Shown here: positions 1 to 7,013 of the stretch, piece by piece
Layout of the letters: every line of letters starts with the position of its first letter
How positions within the stretch are numbered: position 1 is the stretch's first letter
Assembly: GCA_934246625.1 (NCBI GenBank)
Contig: CAKQHZ010000002.1
Location: 1 to 32,000 of the forward strand
Direction: 5' to 3'
DNA length: 32,000 bases
Origin: an uncultured Alphaproteobacteria bacterium
Lineage (GTDB): Bacteria > Pseudomonadota > Alphaproteobacteria > Rs-D84 > CACZYB01
The notes under the pieces: generated by a model
What the model was told of the DNA's origin: nothing
Database searches by the model: none
The model's input: only the letters and a program-made list of their open reading frames with translations
Position numbers and translations under genes: made by a program

Positions 1-29
1 AGGAAGAAACACCCTCGAAGGAGAAAAAA

Positions 30-779
30 ATGAAAACCATGAAGAAAAAGAAATTAGCGGTGATAGGGATAGCGGGAGTAGCGGGAATGCTTTACTCTGC
101 AACACCAGCCTCCGCTCAAACATTTTATCAATGTATGCCGATAACTTGCCCAGCAGGAAGTTATCTTTTAAATGGAAAATGTGAAATTTGCCCAAGAGAT
201 TCTTATTGCGTAAATTCACAAAAGACAGCTTGCCCAACTGGAACCTATTCACATTTTGGTGCAAGAAGTTTCAACGATTGTGCAAATAATTCGGTATCTT
301 GGAGCTTTAATTATGTATATCAAGGAGAAAATTGCACTAAACAATCTAGTGCTGGTGGATGTTGTTTCTCAAATGTATTGTTTGATAGAAATGAAATAAC
401 AACCAATGCAACTCGAGGATATTTCTGTCAAACTTATGGAAAAAACGGCAACAACAGTGCAACAGATTGTGTTTCTAAAGTAGAAGGTTCTGATACATTA
501 ACATACGATAGAAATACAAAATATCTTGTATCAATCTCAGGGCAAACAGATATTTCAAACCTTCCAATATCTGAAAAACTTGCAATAATACAAAATTGTG
601 AAAATAATCCAAAAACTTGTGCTCTCATTATTGGTTATGACACATTCTGCAAACCAGGTTGCGGTAACGAATACAAATATATATCTTCATCATGCAATGG
701 CGGTGGTTCAACTTGTAAAAGAGAAAATGGAAAACTATATATCTATAATGCAAGTGTTCACGCTCAAAAAAGTCTATAA
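30..779 (+). CDS. secreted cysteine-rich protein with CxxCPxG[ST]Y repeats (ephrin-receptor-like / GCC2_GCC3 / furin-like type), paralog 1
   Basis: 249-aa ORF with a GGAG Shine-Dalgarno 7 nt before the ATG. Sec-type signal peptide MKTMKKKKLAVIGIAGVAGMLYSATPASA|Q. Motifs CPAGSY, CEICPRDSYC, CPTGTYS and AGGCC. 18 Cys in the mature part by my count. A hairpin terminator follows immediately. Confidence 0.8.
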   Translation: MKTMKKKKLAVIGIAGVAGMLYSATPASAQTFYQCMPITCPAGSYLLNGKCEICPRDSYCVNSQKTACPTGTYSHFGARSFNDCANNSVSWSFNYVYQGENCTKQSSAGGCCFSNVLFDRNEITTNATRGYFCQTYGKNGNNSATDCVSKVEGSDTLTYDRNTKYLVSISGQTDISNLPISEKLAIIQNCENNPKTCALIIGYDTFCKPGCGNEYKYISSSCNGGGSTCKRENGKLYIYNASVHAQKSL

Positions 780-785
780 AACAAT

Positions 786-809
786 CCCCTCCTTTGAGGG
801 GAATTTTTT
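786..809 (+). terminator. intrinsic terminator of the 30..779 gene (inside repeat copy 1)
   Basis: Stem CCCCTC (786-791) / GAGGGG (796-801), loop CTTT, then AA + T6 (804-809). Confidence 0.8.
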
Positions 810-813
810 ATAC

Positions 814-842
814 TTGCAAAAAGAAGCGAATCGTGATAATAT
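814..842 (+). promoter_or_regulatory. sigma70-like promoter inside repeat copy 1
   Basis: TTGCAA (814-819), 17-nt spacer, TAATAT (837-842). The same cTTGCAA -35 form recurs at other promoters in this window (6207, 24694). Confidence 0.6.
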
Positions 843-848
843 ATAAAA

Positions 849-919
849 CATAGACATAGAGAATAAGAAACAAACAACTCTTTGAAAGGCTGATTACCTT
901 TAAAGGGATTTTTTATTTT
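849..919 (+). ncRNA. candidate ~70-nt sRNA, copy 1
   Basis: Predicted TSS is about 7 nt after the -10 element. An A-rich, apparently unstructured 5' part (cauagacauagagaauaagaaacaaacaac) is followed by a hairpin of 879-889 with 897-907 (7-nt loop, one mismatch, two G-U pairs) and a U-rich tail. There is no ORF. The next gene has its own promoter. Confidence 0.5.
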
Positions 920-932
920 TATAAAATAATTG

Positions 933-958
933 TTGACAAATAAATAAATTGGTATAAT
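933..958 (+). promoter_or_regulatory. promoter of the 971..1252 ORF (extended -10)
   Basis: TTGACA (933-938) and TGgTATAAT (950-958). The spacer is only 14 nt, but an extended -10 TGn is present. The -10 ends 12 nt before the ATG and there is no Shine-Dalgarno, so the mRNA is nearly leaderless. Confidence 0.5.
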
Positions 959-970
959 AATACAATCATT

Positions 971-1252
971 ATGAATATAAAAAATGCAAATATAAAAGAT
1001 TTACTTGAATTAAAACGAGAACTTACCATAAACCTAAATATGGCACAGAATGAATGCAACCGCACAAAATGTCCAAAGTTAGCTAAAATTCAAAACTCAG
1101 ATAATAAACAAACATCAATTATCACAATGGCTGAACAATGTGCTGACATTTGTCCTAATAAATACGCAATGGAAAAACTTTTCCTTTTAAAACAAATAAA
1201 CGAACTTAACCATATAATTGATGATAAAATAAACGAATCTAAATCACGATAG
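971..1252 (+). CDS. hypothetical small protein (93 aa) with two Cys pairs
   Basis: ORF with ATG start and its own promoter. Cys pairs CNRTKC and CADIC lie between predicted helical/coiled segments. No family recognised. Confidence 0.45.
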   Translation: MNIKNANIKDLLELKRELTINLNMAQNECNRTKCPKLAKIQNSDNKQTSIITMAEQCADICPNKYAMEKLFLLKQINELNHIIDDKINESKSR

Positions 1253-1253
1253 T

Positions 1254-2129
1254 TTATTTTTCACACTCGCCACAATCAGAACAACCATTGCAACAAAGTC
1301 TAAGTCCACAAGTATCACAACGGCTTCTGAAATGTGGAACATATTCTTCTACATTTTCAAACAAAGATAGTTGAGGTTTAGTCAAATTAAATTTGAACTC
1401 CCTGCCCTTGAATTGAAGTCCAGATTTAAAAGCCATCTGACTTTGTAATTGTTTGCTTGGCATATTATAAAGTTTACCATCTTTAATAAAATTCGTGCCA
1501 GTTTCCATAAAACAAAATGTAGTATTTGCCTCTACACACTCGTCATACAAACTTTTAACCCAATCATAATTTAGTGGTCGTGAACCATCATAATTTTCAC
1601 CACAAGCAATAACTTGTTCTATAACACCCTTTGACAGATATTGTTTTATTGACATAGGCCCAATAAACGGAGCAACCATAATTCCCTTATGTTTAAATGG
1701 CAAATCAAATAATATTGGAATTCGCTCATCTGCCCTTTTTTGATTTTCACATGTTGTATTAAAGAAAATATTTTCCCAACCATCACCCCAATCCTTTGGA
1801 AGATGATTCGCAACACGTTCAGGTCGTTTTGTAAGCAAAAAGAATATAACATCTGGGCGTTGTTTCATAATGGACCAAGCCTCATCTCGCCAAACATCAG
1901 CTTCCTCAAGAAAAAAATCAGATGTCATACAAACACGAAGTTGTTCGCCACTTTTTATTTTAAAATTACCATTTTTATCTTTTGAAAGCGGATAATAAAA
2001 GTTGTTTTTCACCTTAAATATTCTGGAACCATCTTGATTGCGTTGTTTATCTAAAAAATACATATAGCAATTCGCACAACCTTCACTTTTCTTTAAACAA
2101 CCATGCCAAGGATTCCAAATATCGTGCAT
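1254..2129 (-). CDS. DUF5131 / phage Gp37-Gp68 family protein with a Cys-rich C-terminal tail
   Basis: N-terminal WNPWHGCLKKSEGCANCY matches the family signature WNPxxGCxxxSxGCxNCY. LLTKRPERV and the CGENYDGSRP..DWV blocks are also present. The extra tail CDTCGLRLCCNGCSDCGECEK is unusual. GAGG Shine-Dalgarno upstream. Confidence 0.8.
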   Translation of the reverse strand: MHDIWNPWHGCLKKSEGCANCYMYFLDKQRNQDGSRIFKVKNNFYYPLSKDKNGNFKIKSGEQLRVCMTSDFFLEEADVWRDEAWSIMKQRPDVIFFLLTKRPERVANHLPKDWGDGWENIFFNTTCENQKRADERIPILFDLPFKHKGIMVAPFIGPMSIKQYLSKGVIEQVIACGENYDGSRPLNYDWVKSLYDECVEANTTFCFMETGTNFIKDGKLYNMPSKQLQSQMAFKSGLQFKGREFKFNLTKPQLSLFENVEEYVPHFRSRCDTCGLRLCCNGCSDCGECEK

Positions 2130-2152
2130 TTACAACCTCATATAATTTCCAG

Positions 2153-2186
2153 ATAAAAAAAATAAGTTTTAGCAGAAACTAAAACT
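2153..2186 (-). terminator. intrinsic terminator downstream of tRNA-Ser
   Basis: On the minus strand, an 8-bp stem (2179-2186 with 2165-2172, AGTTTTAG/CTAAAACT) is followed by TTA + T9 (plus-strand A-run 2154-2162). Confidence 0.65.
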
Positions 2187-2198
2187 TTTAAAACCTAA

Positions 2199-2288
2199 TG
2201 GCGGATGGGGAGGGATTCGAACCCCCGGTGGAGTTGCCCCCACAACGGTTTTCAAGACCGCCGCATTCGACCGCTCTGCCACCCATCC
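2199..2288 (-). tRNA. tRNA-Ser (anticodon UGA)
   Basis: Reverse complement reads GGATGGG-TG-GCAGAGCGGTCGAATGC-GGCGGT CTTGAAA ACCGT-long variable arm-GGGGG TTCGAAT CCCTC-CCCATCC-G-CCA. It folds as a cloverleaf with a long variable arm, anticodon loop CU-UGA-AA and an encoded CCA. Confidence 0.93.
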
Positions 2289-2340
2289 ACAAAAGATAGA
2301 GGAATTATACATCATATAAAAATAATTTGCAAGAATTTTA

Positions 2341-3309
2341 TCAATATTTTTTATTTAATTCCCAATTCCACGCAGTTTTTATAATATCTTCCATAGTCAA
2401 CTTTGGCTTCCAACCCAAAATTTCTTTGGCTTTCCCAGAAGTTGCACTTAAAATTGCTGGATCACCTGCACGCCTTCCCTCAATAATCACAGGACATTTC
2501 TTACCTGTAATATTTTCGGCTATATCAATGATTTCTTTCACACTTGTTCCATTTGATGTGCCAAGGTTAAGAACACCTGTAAATTTATCAATATTTTCAA
2601 CTGCAAGTCTATGAGCCTCTGCCAAATCCTCAACATGAATATAATCACGAATACATGTTCCATCAGGAGTTTCATAATCATCACCAAAAATTTTAATATT
2701 CGCACGTTCACCCTTTATCGCCTTTAAAACAAGAGGTATAAGGTGAGTTTCAGGATTATGGCTTTCTCCAATACTTCCATCTACTGCACAACCAGAAGCA
2801 TTAAAATATCTGAATGCAATATATTTAAGTCCATAAGCCCTTTGATAATCAGCAAAAATTTTTTCAATCATCAACTTTGTTTGACCATACGGATTTATTG
2901 GATTCGTAATATGTTTTTCATCAATCGGCACATATAATGGATTTCCAAAAACCGCAGCCGTAGAAGAAAACACAATCTTTTTCACATTATTTTCCAACAT
3001 AATATCCAAAAGATTCAATGTCCCAACAACATTGTTTTGATAATACTTTGCTGGATTTTCAACACTTTCCCCAACTGCAATAAATCCCGCAAAATTTATA
3101 ACTGTATCAATCGGATATTTTTTAAACACAACCCTTAAACTTTCCTTATCCATCAAATCGGCTAATTCAAATTTATCAGTTTTAACCGCCTCTCTATGAC
3201 CCATAGAAAGATTATCTGCGACAATAACATTATACCCATTTTCAACCAAATGTTTCACAGTATGCGAACCAATATAACCTGCGCCACCCATAACTAAAAT
3301 ATTTTTCAT
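2341..3309 (-). CDS. galE: UDP-glucose 4-epimerase
   Basis: 322 aa. N-terminal Rossmann motif VMGGAGYIGSH, YGQTK active-site motif, and full-length resemblance to GalE. Confidence 0.92.
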   Translation of the reverse strand: MKNILVMGGAGYIGSHTVKHLVENGYNVIVADNLSMGHREAVKTDKFELADLMDKESLRVVFKKYPIDTVINFAGFIAVGESVENPAKYYQNNVVGTLNLLDIMLENNVKKIVFSSTAAVFGNPLYVPIDEKHITNPINPYGQTKLMIEKIFADYQRAYGLKYIAFRYFNASGCAVDGSIGESHNPETHLIPLVLKAIKGERANIKIFGDDYETPDGTCIRDYIHVEDLAEAHRLAVENIDKFTGVLNLGTSNGTSVKEIIDIAENITGKKCPVIIEGRRAGDPAILSATSGKAKEILGWKPKLTMEDIIKTAWNWELNKKY

Positions 3310-3389
3310 AAACTCTCCTTAAATAAGACTTTACACTTAATTAGACTTAGAATATCATATTATATCAGCAAGAAAAAGGAAAGAAAAAT

Positions 3390-3971
3390 ATGTTCGAAGA
3401 ATTAGAAATTGCAAAATCAAAATGTGCAACTTGCACAAAATGCCCCCTTCATAAAACAAAACACAATATGGTATTTTCAGATGGTATTCCAAACACAAAA
3501 CTTATGTTAATTGGTGAAGCACCAGGATATTACGAAGATATGGAGGGCAAACCTTTCGTCGGTCGTTCTGGACAATTACTTGATAAAATATTTGAATCTG
3601 TAGGACTTTCACGTGAAAAAAATATTTATATTTGCAACACAATAAAATGCCGTCCACCAGAAAATCGTAATCCACTACCCGAAGAAAAAATTGCTTGCCG
3701 TGAATATTTAGATGTGCAATTAAACACACTTAAACCAAAAATAATTTTACTTTGTGGAGCAGTTGCTGTTCAATCACTTCTTCCAAATATAAATTCTGGA
3801 ATAACAAAAATTCGTGGACAATGGTTTGATGGTCCAAATGGTGCAAAAATGATGCCAATTTTTCACCCATCTTATTTATTAAGAAATCCATCAAAGGAAG
3901 TTGGCAAACCAAAATGGCTTATGTGGCAAGATATGAAAGAAATCAAAAAAGTTTATGATGAACTTGATTAA
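3390..3971 (+). CDS. uracil-DNA glycosylase, family 4
   Basis: 193 aa. Contains CxxCxL (CTKCPLH), GEAPG, FVGRSGQLL and HPSYLLRN, which are family-4 UDG motifs including the 4Fe-4S cysteines. Confidence 0.9.
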   Translation: MFEELEIAKSKCATCTKCPLHKTKHNMVFSDGIPNTKLMLIGEAPGYYEDMEGKPFVGRSGQLLDKIFESVGLSREKNIYICNTIKCRPPENRNPLPEEKIACREYLDVQLNTLKPKIILLCGAVAVQSLLPNINSGITKIRGQWFDGPNGAKMMPIFHPSYLLRNPSKEVGKPKWLMWQDMKEIKKVYDELD

Positions 3972-3975
3972 AAAA

Positions 3976-3992
3976 TCCCCCATTTCGGGGGA
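3976..3992. terminator. bidirectional hairpin terminator between convergent genes
   Basis: Stem TCCCCC / GGGGGA with a 5-nt loop, A-run upstream and T-rich run downstream. Confidence 0.7.
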
Positions 3993-3999
3993 CTTTCTT

Positions 4000-4380
4000 T
4001 TACTTTGATAATTTTTTAATATTTTTAACTTCAATACTGTCTGCTTCAAACCAATTACCTTTATCAACCTCACCAGTAATTTGAATACTTTCACCCGCAG
4101 AAACAACTACACCATTAAAATCATCATCGTCAATTTCAATTATTATTGTTCCTGTGCCATCATTAAATAAATACTTTTCATCACCCAAAGCACGTTCAAT
4201 AACACCTTGAAGAACAATAATTTCATCATCTTTTTTATTTTTTATATCATCAATAGTTTCAACTGTAATATTTGTTGGTTTAAAAACAAAACCTTCCCCC
4301 TTACCTTTCTTTGCCATTACAGCACCAGAAAGTAAAAGACAAGACATAGCAACCATAAACATAGTTTTTAAATTTTTCAT
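4000..4380 (-). CDS. YgiW/YdeI (BOF) family periplasmic OB-fold protein
   Basis: 126 aa. Signal peptide ending in AVMA|KK. Blocks VLQGVIERALGDEKYLFNDGTGTIIIEIDDD and ITGEVDK are typical of the family. Confidence 0.8.
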   Translation of the reverse strand: MKNLKTMFMVAMSCLLLSGAVMAKKGKGEGFVFKPTNITVETIDDIKNKKDDEIIVLQGVIERALGDEKYLFNDGTGTIIIEIDDDDFNGVVVSAGESIQITGEVDKGNWFEADSIEVKNIKKLSK

Positions 4381-4458
4381 CGAAAGCTCCTTTACTTTTA
4401 TTAAATATAAGATATATTATACTTTAAATAAAAACTCAATCAACTGAAATAAAATCCT

Positions 4459-5085
4459 ATGGTTATAGATATAAACAATTTTTGCGAATTTATAACAAAT
4501 AATCAAAAGGAAAATGAAAAAATTCTTTTTGATATAGGAAGCTATATTATAAAAAATTTCCAACTTACCTCCAAAATTACAAATAAAAAATTTTTCATAA
4601 ATGATATAGAATTTTATATATCATCACCAAACCATCAAATTGATAAAAACATTGAAAACCATCGTGAAATAACACATTGCAATCAAAGACAACTTGAAAA
4701 TTCAGTATATTATATACACAAAACAGGAAAATCTTACTCTCTTATCCAAGGTTCTGGTATTGATTTTTGCTTTGGTTGTGCAAAAAAAGGTATATACACA
4801 GGAATCTTAATCCGTGAACTTTTTGATACACAAACAAATGAAATATTTCACGGACCACAAAAGGTATTAAGGACTCTTTTAAATCTTCCAAAATTTTACG
4901 GCGAATATAAAAATGATTATATAAACTACGCCTCACAAATCGAAAAATATAAAATATATGATAAGGAAAACTTACTTCAAATTGATATACTAAAACCACC
5001 ACGCAATATAACAACTTGTCTTGATAAACGTGTAAATGTCAAAAGCAATCTTTATTATAGAGTAAAAGCCAATGACAATATTTAA
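4459..5085 (+). CDS. hypothetical protein, possibly a divergent AAG/Mpg-like 3-methyladenine DNA glycosylase fold
   Basis: 208 aa. By-eye motif order is DIEFY (cf. ETEAY), SVYYIH (cf. G.VY.Y), GILIREL (cf. AVLIRA.EP) and HGPQKVLRTL (cf. NGPGKLTKAL). Similarity is weak. Confidence 0.35.
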   Translation: MVIDINNFCEFITNNQKENEKILFDIGSYIIKNFQLTSKITNKKFFINDIEFYISSPNHQIDKNIENHREITHCNQRQLENSVYYIHKTGKSYSLIQGSGIDFCFGCAKKGIYTGILIRELFDTQTNEIFHGPQKVLRTLLNLPKFYGEYKNDYINYASQIEKYKIYDKENLLQIDILKPPRNITTCLDKRVNVKSNLYYRVKANDNI

Positions 5086-5117
5086 AAAGCCTATAAAAAA
5101 TAAGGAGTTTTTATATT

Positions 5118-6194
5118 ATGAAATGGGTAAAACAACAACAAAACGCAATTACATCAATCGAAACTTTATCAAAAAAATTTCCGAAATATAATATTGCGAA
5201 ACAAACAAACTTTAATTTAAAAATCACCCCTTACTATCTTTCATTGATTGATAAGGATAATCCAAACGACAAACTTGCAAAAATAGTTATTCCCTCATCA
5301 AAGGAATTAAATATAAAACCCGAAGAACTTGACGACCCAATCGGAGATAAAACAAAAAACGAAGATTTAGATAATTCTCCTGTAAAGGGACTTGTTCACC
5401 GCTATGACGACCGTGTATTGATATATATGGGAAATGTTTGCAGTTCATATTGTCGTTATTGTTTAAGAAAAAATATAATCAAAAATACACCAATAACAAA
5501 AAAGGATATTGAAACAGCAATAAATTACATAAAAAAAACAAATGTAATAAAAGAGGTAATTTTAAGTGGTGGCGACCCACTTATGAATTCTGACGAATTT
5601 TTGTTTGATACAATAAGGAAAATTGAAGCAATTCCGCATATCAAAGCAATTCGAATTCATACAAAAATGCCAATTTACAATCCATTCAGGATTACAAATG
5701 ATTTCATAAAACAAATCAAAACTATAAAAAAGCCACTTATAATAATAATTCACGCATCACACGAACGCGAACTTACAGATATAGTCAAAACAAAACTTAA
5801 AAAACTTCAAAAATGCGGTGTAATACTTTTAAATCAATGTCCATTACTAAAGGGAATAAACGACACCATCGAAGAACAAACAAAACTTGGCTACAGACTT
5901 CAAGAATGTGGAGTTTTGCCACATTATCTACACTATATTGATTTGGCAAAGGGCACATCACATTTTCGTGTTCCATTAAAGGACGCAAGAAAACTTATGA
6001 AAGATTTACGTGGACACATAAGCGGACAACTTATACCAAAACTTATACTTGATATACCAAGTGGATACGGGAAAATCCAACTTGAAGATACATTTATAAA
6101 GGAAATATATAACGACGGGAAAAATACCTTTATCAAAATTCAAAGTCCAAATATCAAGAATAAAATCCTAACATACAAGGAAGTTTTGGAATAA
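5118..6194 (+). CDS. KamA-family radical SAM protein (lysine 2,3-aminomutase / EpmB-like)
   Basis: 358 aa. Radical SAM cluster motif CSSYCRYCLRK, SGGDPL, and N-terminal ITPYYLSLID typical of the KamA family. AAGGAG Shine-Dalgarno upstream. Confidence 0.88.
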   Translation: MKWVKQQQNAITSIETLSKKFPKYNIAKQTNFNLKITPYYLSLIDKDNPNDKLAKIVIPSSKELNIKPEELDDPIGDKTKNEDLDNSPVKGLVHRYDDRVLIYMGNVCSSYCRYCLRKNIIKNTPITKKDIETAINYIKKTNVIKEVILSGGDPLMNSDEFLFDTIRKIEAIPHIKAIRIHTKMPIYNPFRITNDFIKQIKTIKKPLIIIIHASHERELTDIVKTKLKKLQKCGVILLNQCPLLKGINDTIEEQTKLGYRLQECGVLPHYLHYIDLAKGTSHFRVPLKDARKLMKDLRGHISGQLIPKLILDIPSGYGKIQLEDTFIKEIYNDGKNTFIKIQSPNIKNKILTYKEVLE

Positions 6195-6206
6195 TAAAAT
6201 TCCTTC

Positions 6207-6235
6207 TTGCAAAAATCAATTTAAAAATATATAAT
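6207..6235 (+). promoter_or_regulatory. sigma70-like promoter upstream of the structured region
   Basis: TTGCAA (6207-6212), 17-nt spacer, TATAAT (6230-6235). Confidence 0.65.
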
Positions 6236-6241
6236 AAACCT

Positions 6242-6448
6242 CGGATAAGGCAAAATCCTTATCTGGGGTCGTAGAAAGCCTCTAGTAGATTGCTTGTAGT
6301 CATATCAAAATGCTACATTCTAAAACTCAGTCTGGGATTCAACCTTTGGGTTGGATATCGGCTGAATAAGGTATTGGCTGAATAAGCCGAGCCATAAATC
6401 TACATGGTTTTCTAATATCCACCCCTTACAAAAGCTAAGGCTTTTTTT
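6242..6448 (+). ncRNA. candidate structured RNA (riboswitch-like 5' leader or independent ~205-nt ncRNA), class not recognised
   Basis: Visibly GC-enriched relative to its flanks. 5' hairpin 6243-6250/6257-6264. A three-segment long-range helix (6265-6269/6421-6425, 6273-6280/6406-6413, 6285-6290/6398-6403) encloses hairpins 6295-6300/6312-6317, 6337-6344/6349-6356 and 6358-6363/6385-6390. A weak hairpin 6424-6428/6436-6440 plus T7 follows. The only ORF here is an implausible antisense one. Confidence 0.5.
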
Positions 6449-6470
6449 ATAACTAAAGGGAGGAAAAACC

Positions 6471-6908
6471 ATGAACAAATCTTTTATCTTTAGTTGTTTA
6501 TTTTGTGCAACTATACCTTTCAACACCTCGTCCTTTGCAAACGAAGGATATGGAGCTTACCCTGGAGGAGGCACAAGTTATACAACTTTTCCAACCAACA
6601 CAATATCCGAACTTACAAAAGTTTTACAAAAATATTGTGTTCCAGATAATGCCTCAGTTTGTAATTCCAAATATCAGGCAACTTTTAATGAAAGTTTCAA
6701 CACGTGTGAATGCAAAAGCTGTGGACTTTTTTATAACAAAAAAACACGTCTATGTGAACAATGTCCAAAGGGAACATACACAACCGACCGACACTCTTCT
6801 GAATGTTTAAAAATTGATTGCGGTGGCGGTTATCGTGTTGTTTTAATGGAAGACACAGAAACTTGTCCAAAAGGTTATAAAAAAATCAAAGTATCAATAT
6901 GTAATTAA
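6471..6908 (+). CDS. secreted cysteine-rich protein, paralog 2
   Basis: 145 aa. GGGAGG Shine-Dalgarno upstream. Signal peptide ending in SSFA|NE. Contains CEQCPKGTYTT and ETCPKGY. 11 Cys after the signal peptide by my count. Confidence 0.75.
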   Translation: MNKSFIFSCLFCATIPFNTSSFANEGYGAYPGGGTSYTTFPTNTISELTKVLQKYCVPDNASVCNSKYQATFNESFNTCECKSCGLFYNKKTRLCEQCPKGTYTTDRHSSECLKIDCGGGYRVVLMEDTETCPKGYKKIKVSICN

Positions 6909-6913
6909 AATAT

Positions 6914-6982
6914 GGGTGGAAGTTTTTTTATCATAGTCTTTGCTTCCACCCTCCCAAAAGCACTTATTGGGGAAAGTGCTTT
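6914..6982 (+). other. two perfect 9-bp stem-loops in the paralog 2 - paralog 3 spacer
   Basis: GGGTGGAAG (6914-6922) pairs with CTTCCACCC (6943-6951) around a 20-nt U-rich loop. AAAGCACTT (6957-6965) pairs with AAGTGCTTT (6974-6982). Confidence 0.6.
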
Positions 6983-7013
6983 GATAAATTATTCACCCCA
7001 AAAGGAGACCATT

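Larger units (their letters stand above)
785..919 (+). repeat. 135-bp direct repeat, copy 1 (partner at 7471..7605, constant offset 6686)
   Basis: Base-by-base comparison shows a single mismatch (a858 vs t7544). It begins 6 nt after the stop codon of the 30..779 gene. Confidence 0.95.

Noticed and set aside
2199-2288. Possibility that the long-variable-arm tRNA is tRNA-Sec or tRNA-Leu
   Set aside because: The anticodon loop reads CU-UGA-AA, so the anticodon is UGA, not UCA. The acceptor stem is the normal 7 bp, which fits tRNA-Ser.
6249-6282. Resemblance of GGCAAAA ... GGGGTCGTAGAAAGCCTC to the c-di-GMP-I (GEMM-I) riboswitch core (GGCAAACC ... GGGACGCAAAGCCUC)
   Set aside because: The GGCAAAA lies in a hairpin loop here rather than in a junction. 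The GNRA-capped P1b stem between the two blocks is missing, and ACGCAAAGC is not preserved. The match is too weak to call without a covariance-model scan.
6241-6450. tmRNA (one-piece or alphaproteobacterial two-piece), 6S, SRP or RNase P RNA in this spacer or in 29026..29463
   Set aside because: There is no GGGG...UCCACCA acceptor pairing, no T-arm GGTTCGA, and no plausible tag ORF ending in AA. There is no GGAAGCAGCC SRP motif and no GGAAAGTCCGG RNase P motif.
6320-6526. 68-aa minus-strand ORF over the structured region
   Set aside because: It has no Shine-Dalgarno, overlaps the start of the paralog-2 gene antisense and lies in sequence better explained by RNA helices.
6912-7013. 34-codon N-terminal extension of the paralog-3 ORF (MGGSFFIIVF...)
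   Set aside because: It is made of the two stem-loop arms and has no Shine-Dalgarno. The internal ATG at 7014 has an AAGGAGA Shine-Dalgarno and starts a proper signal peptide.
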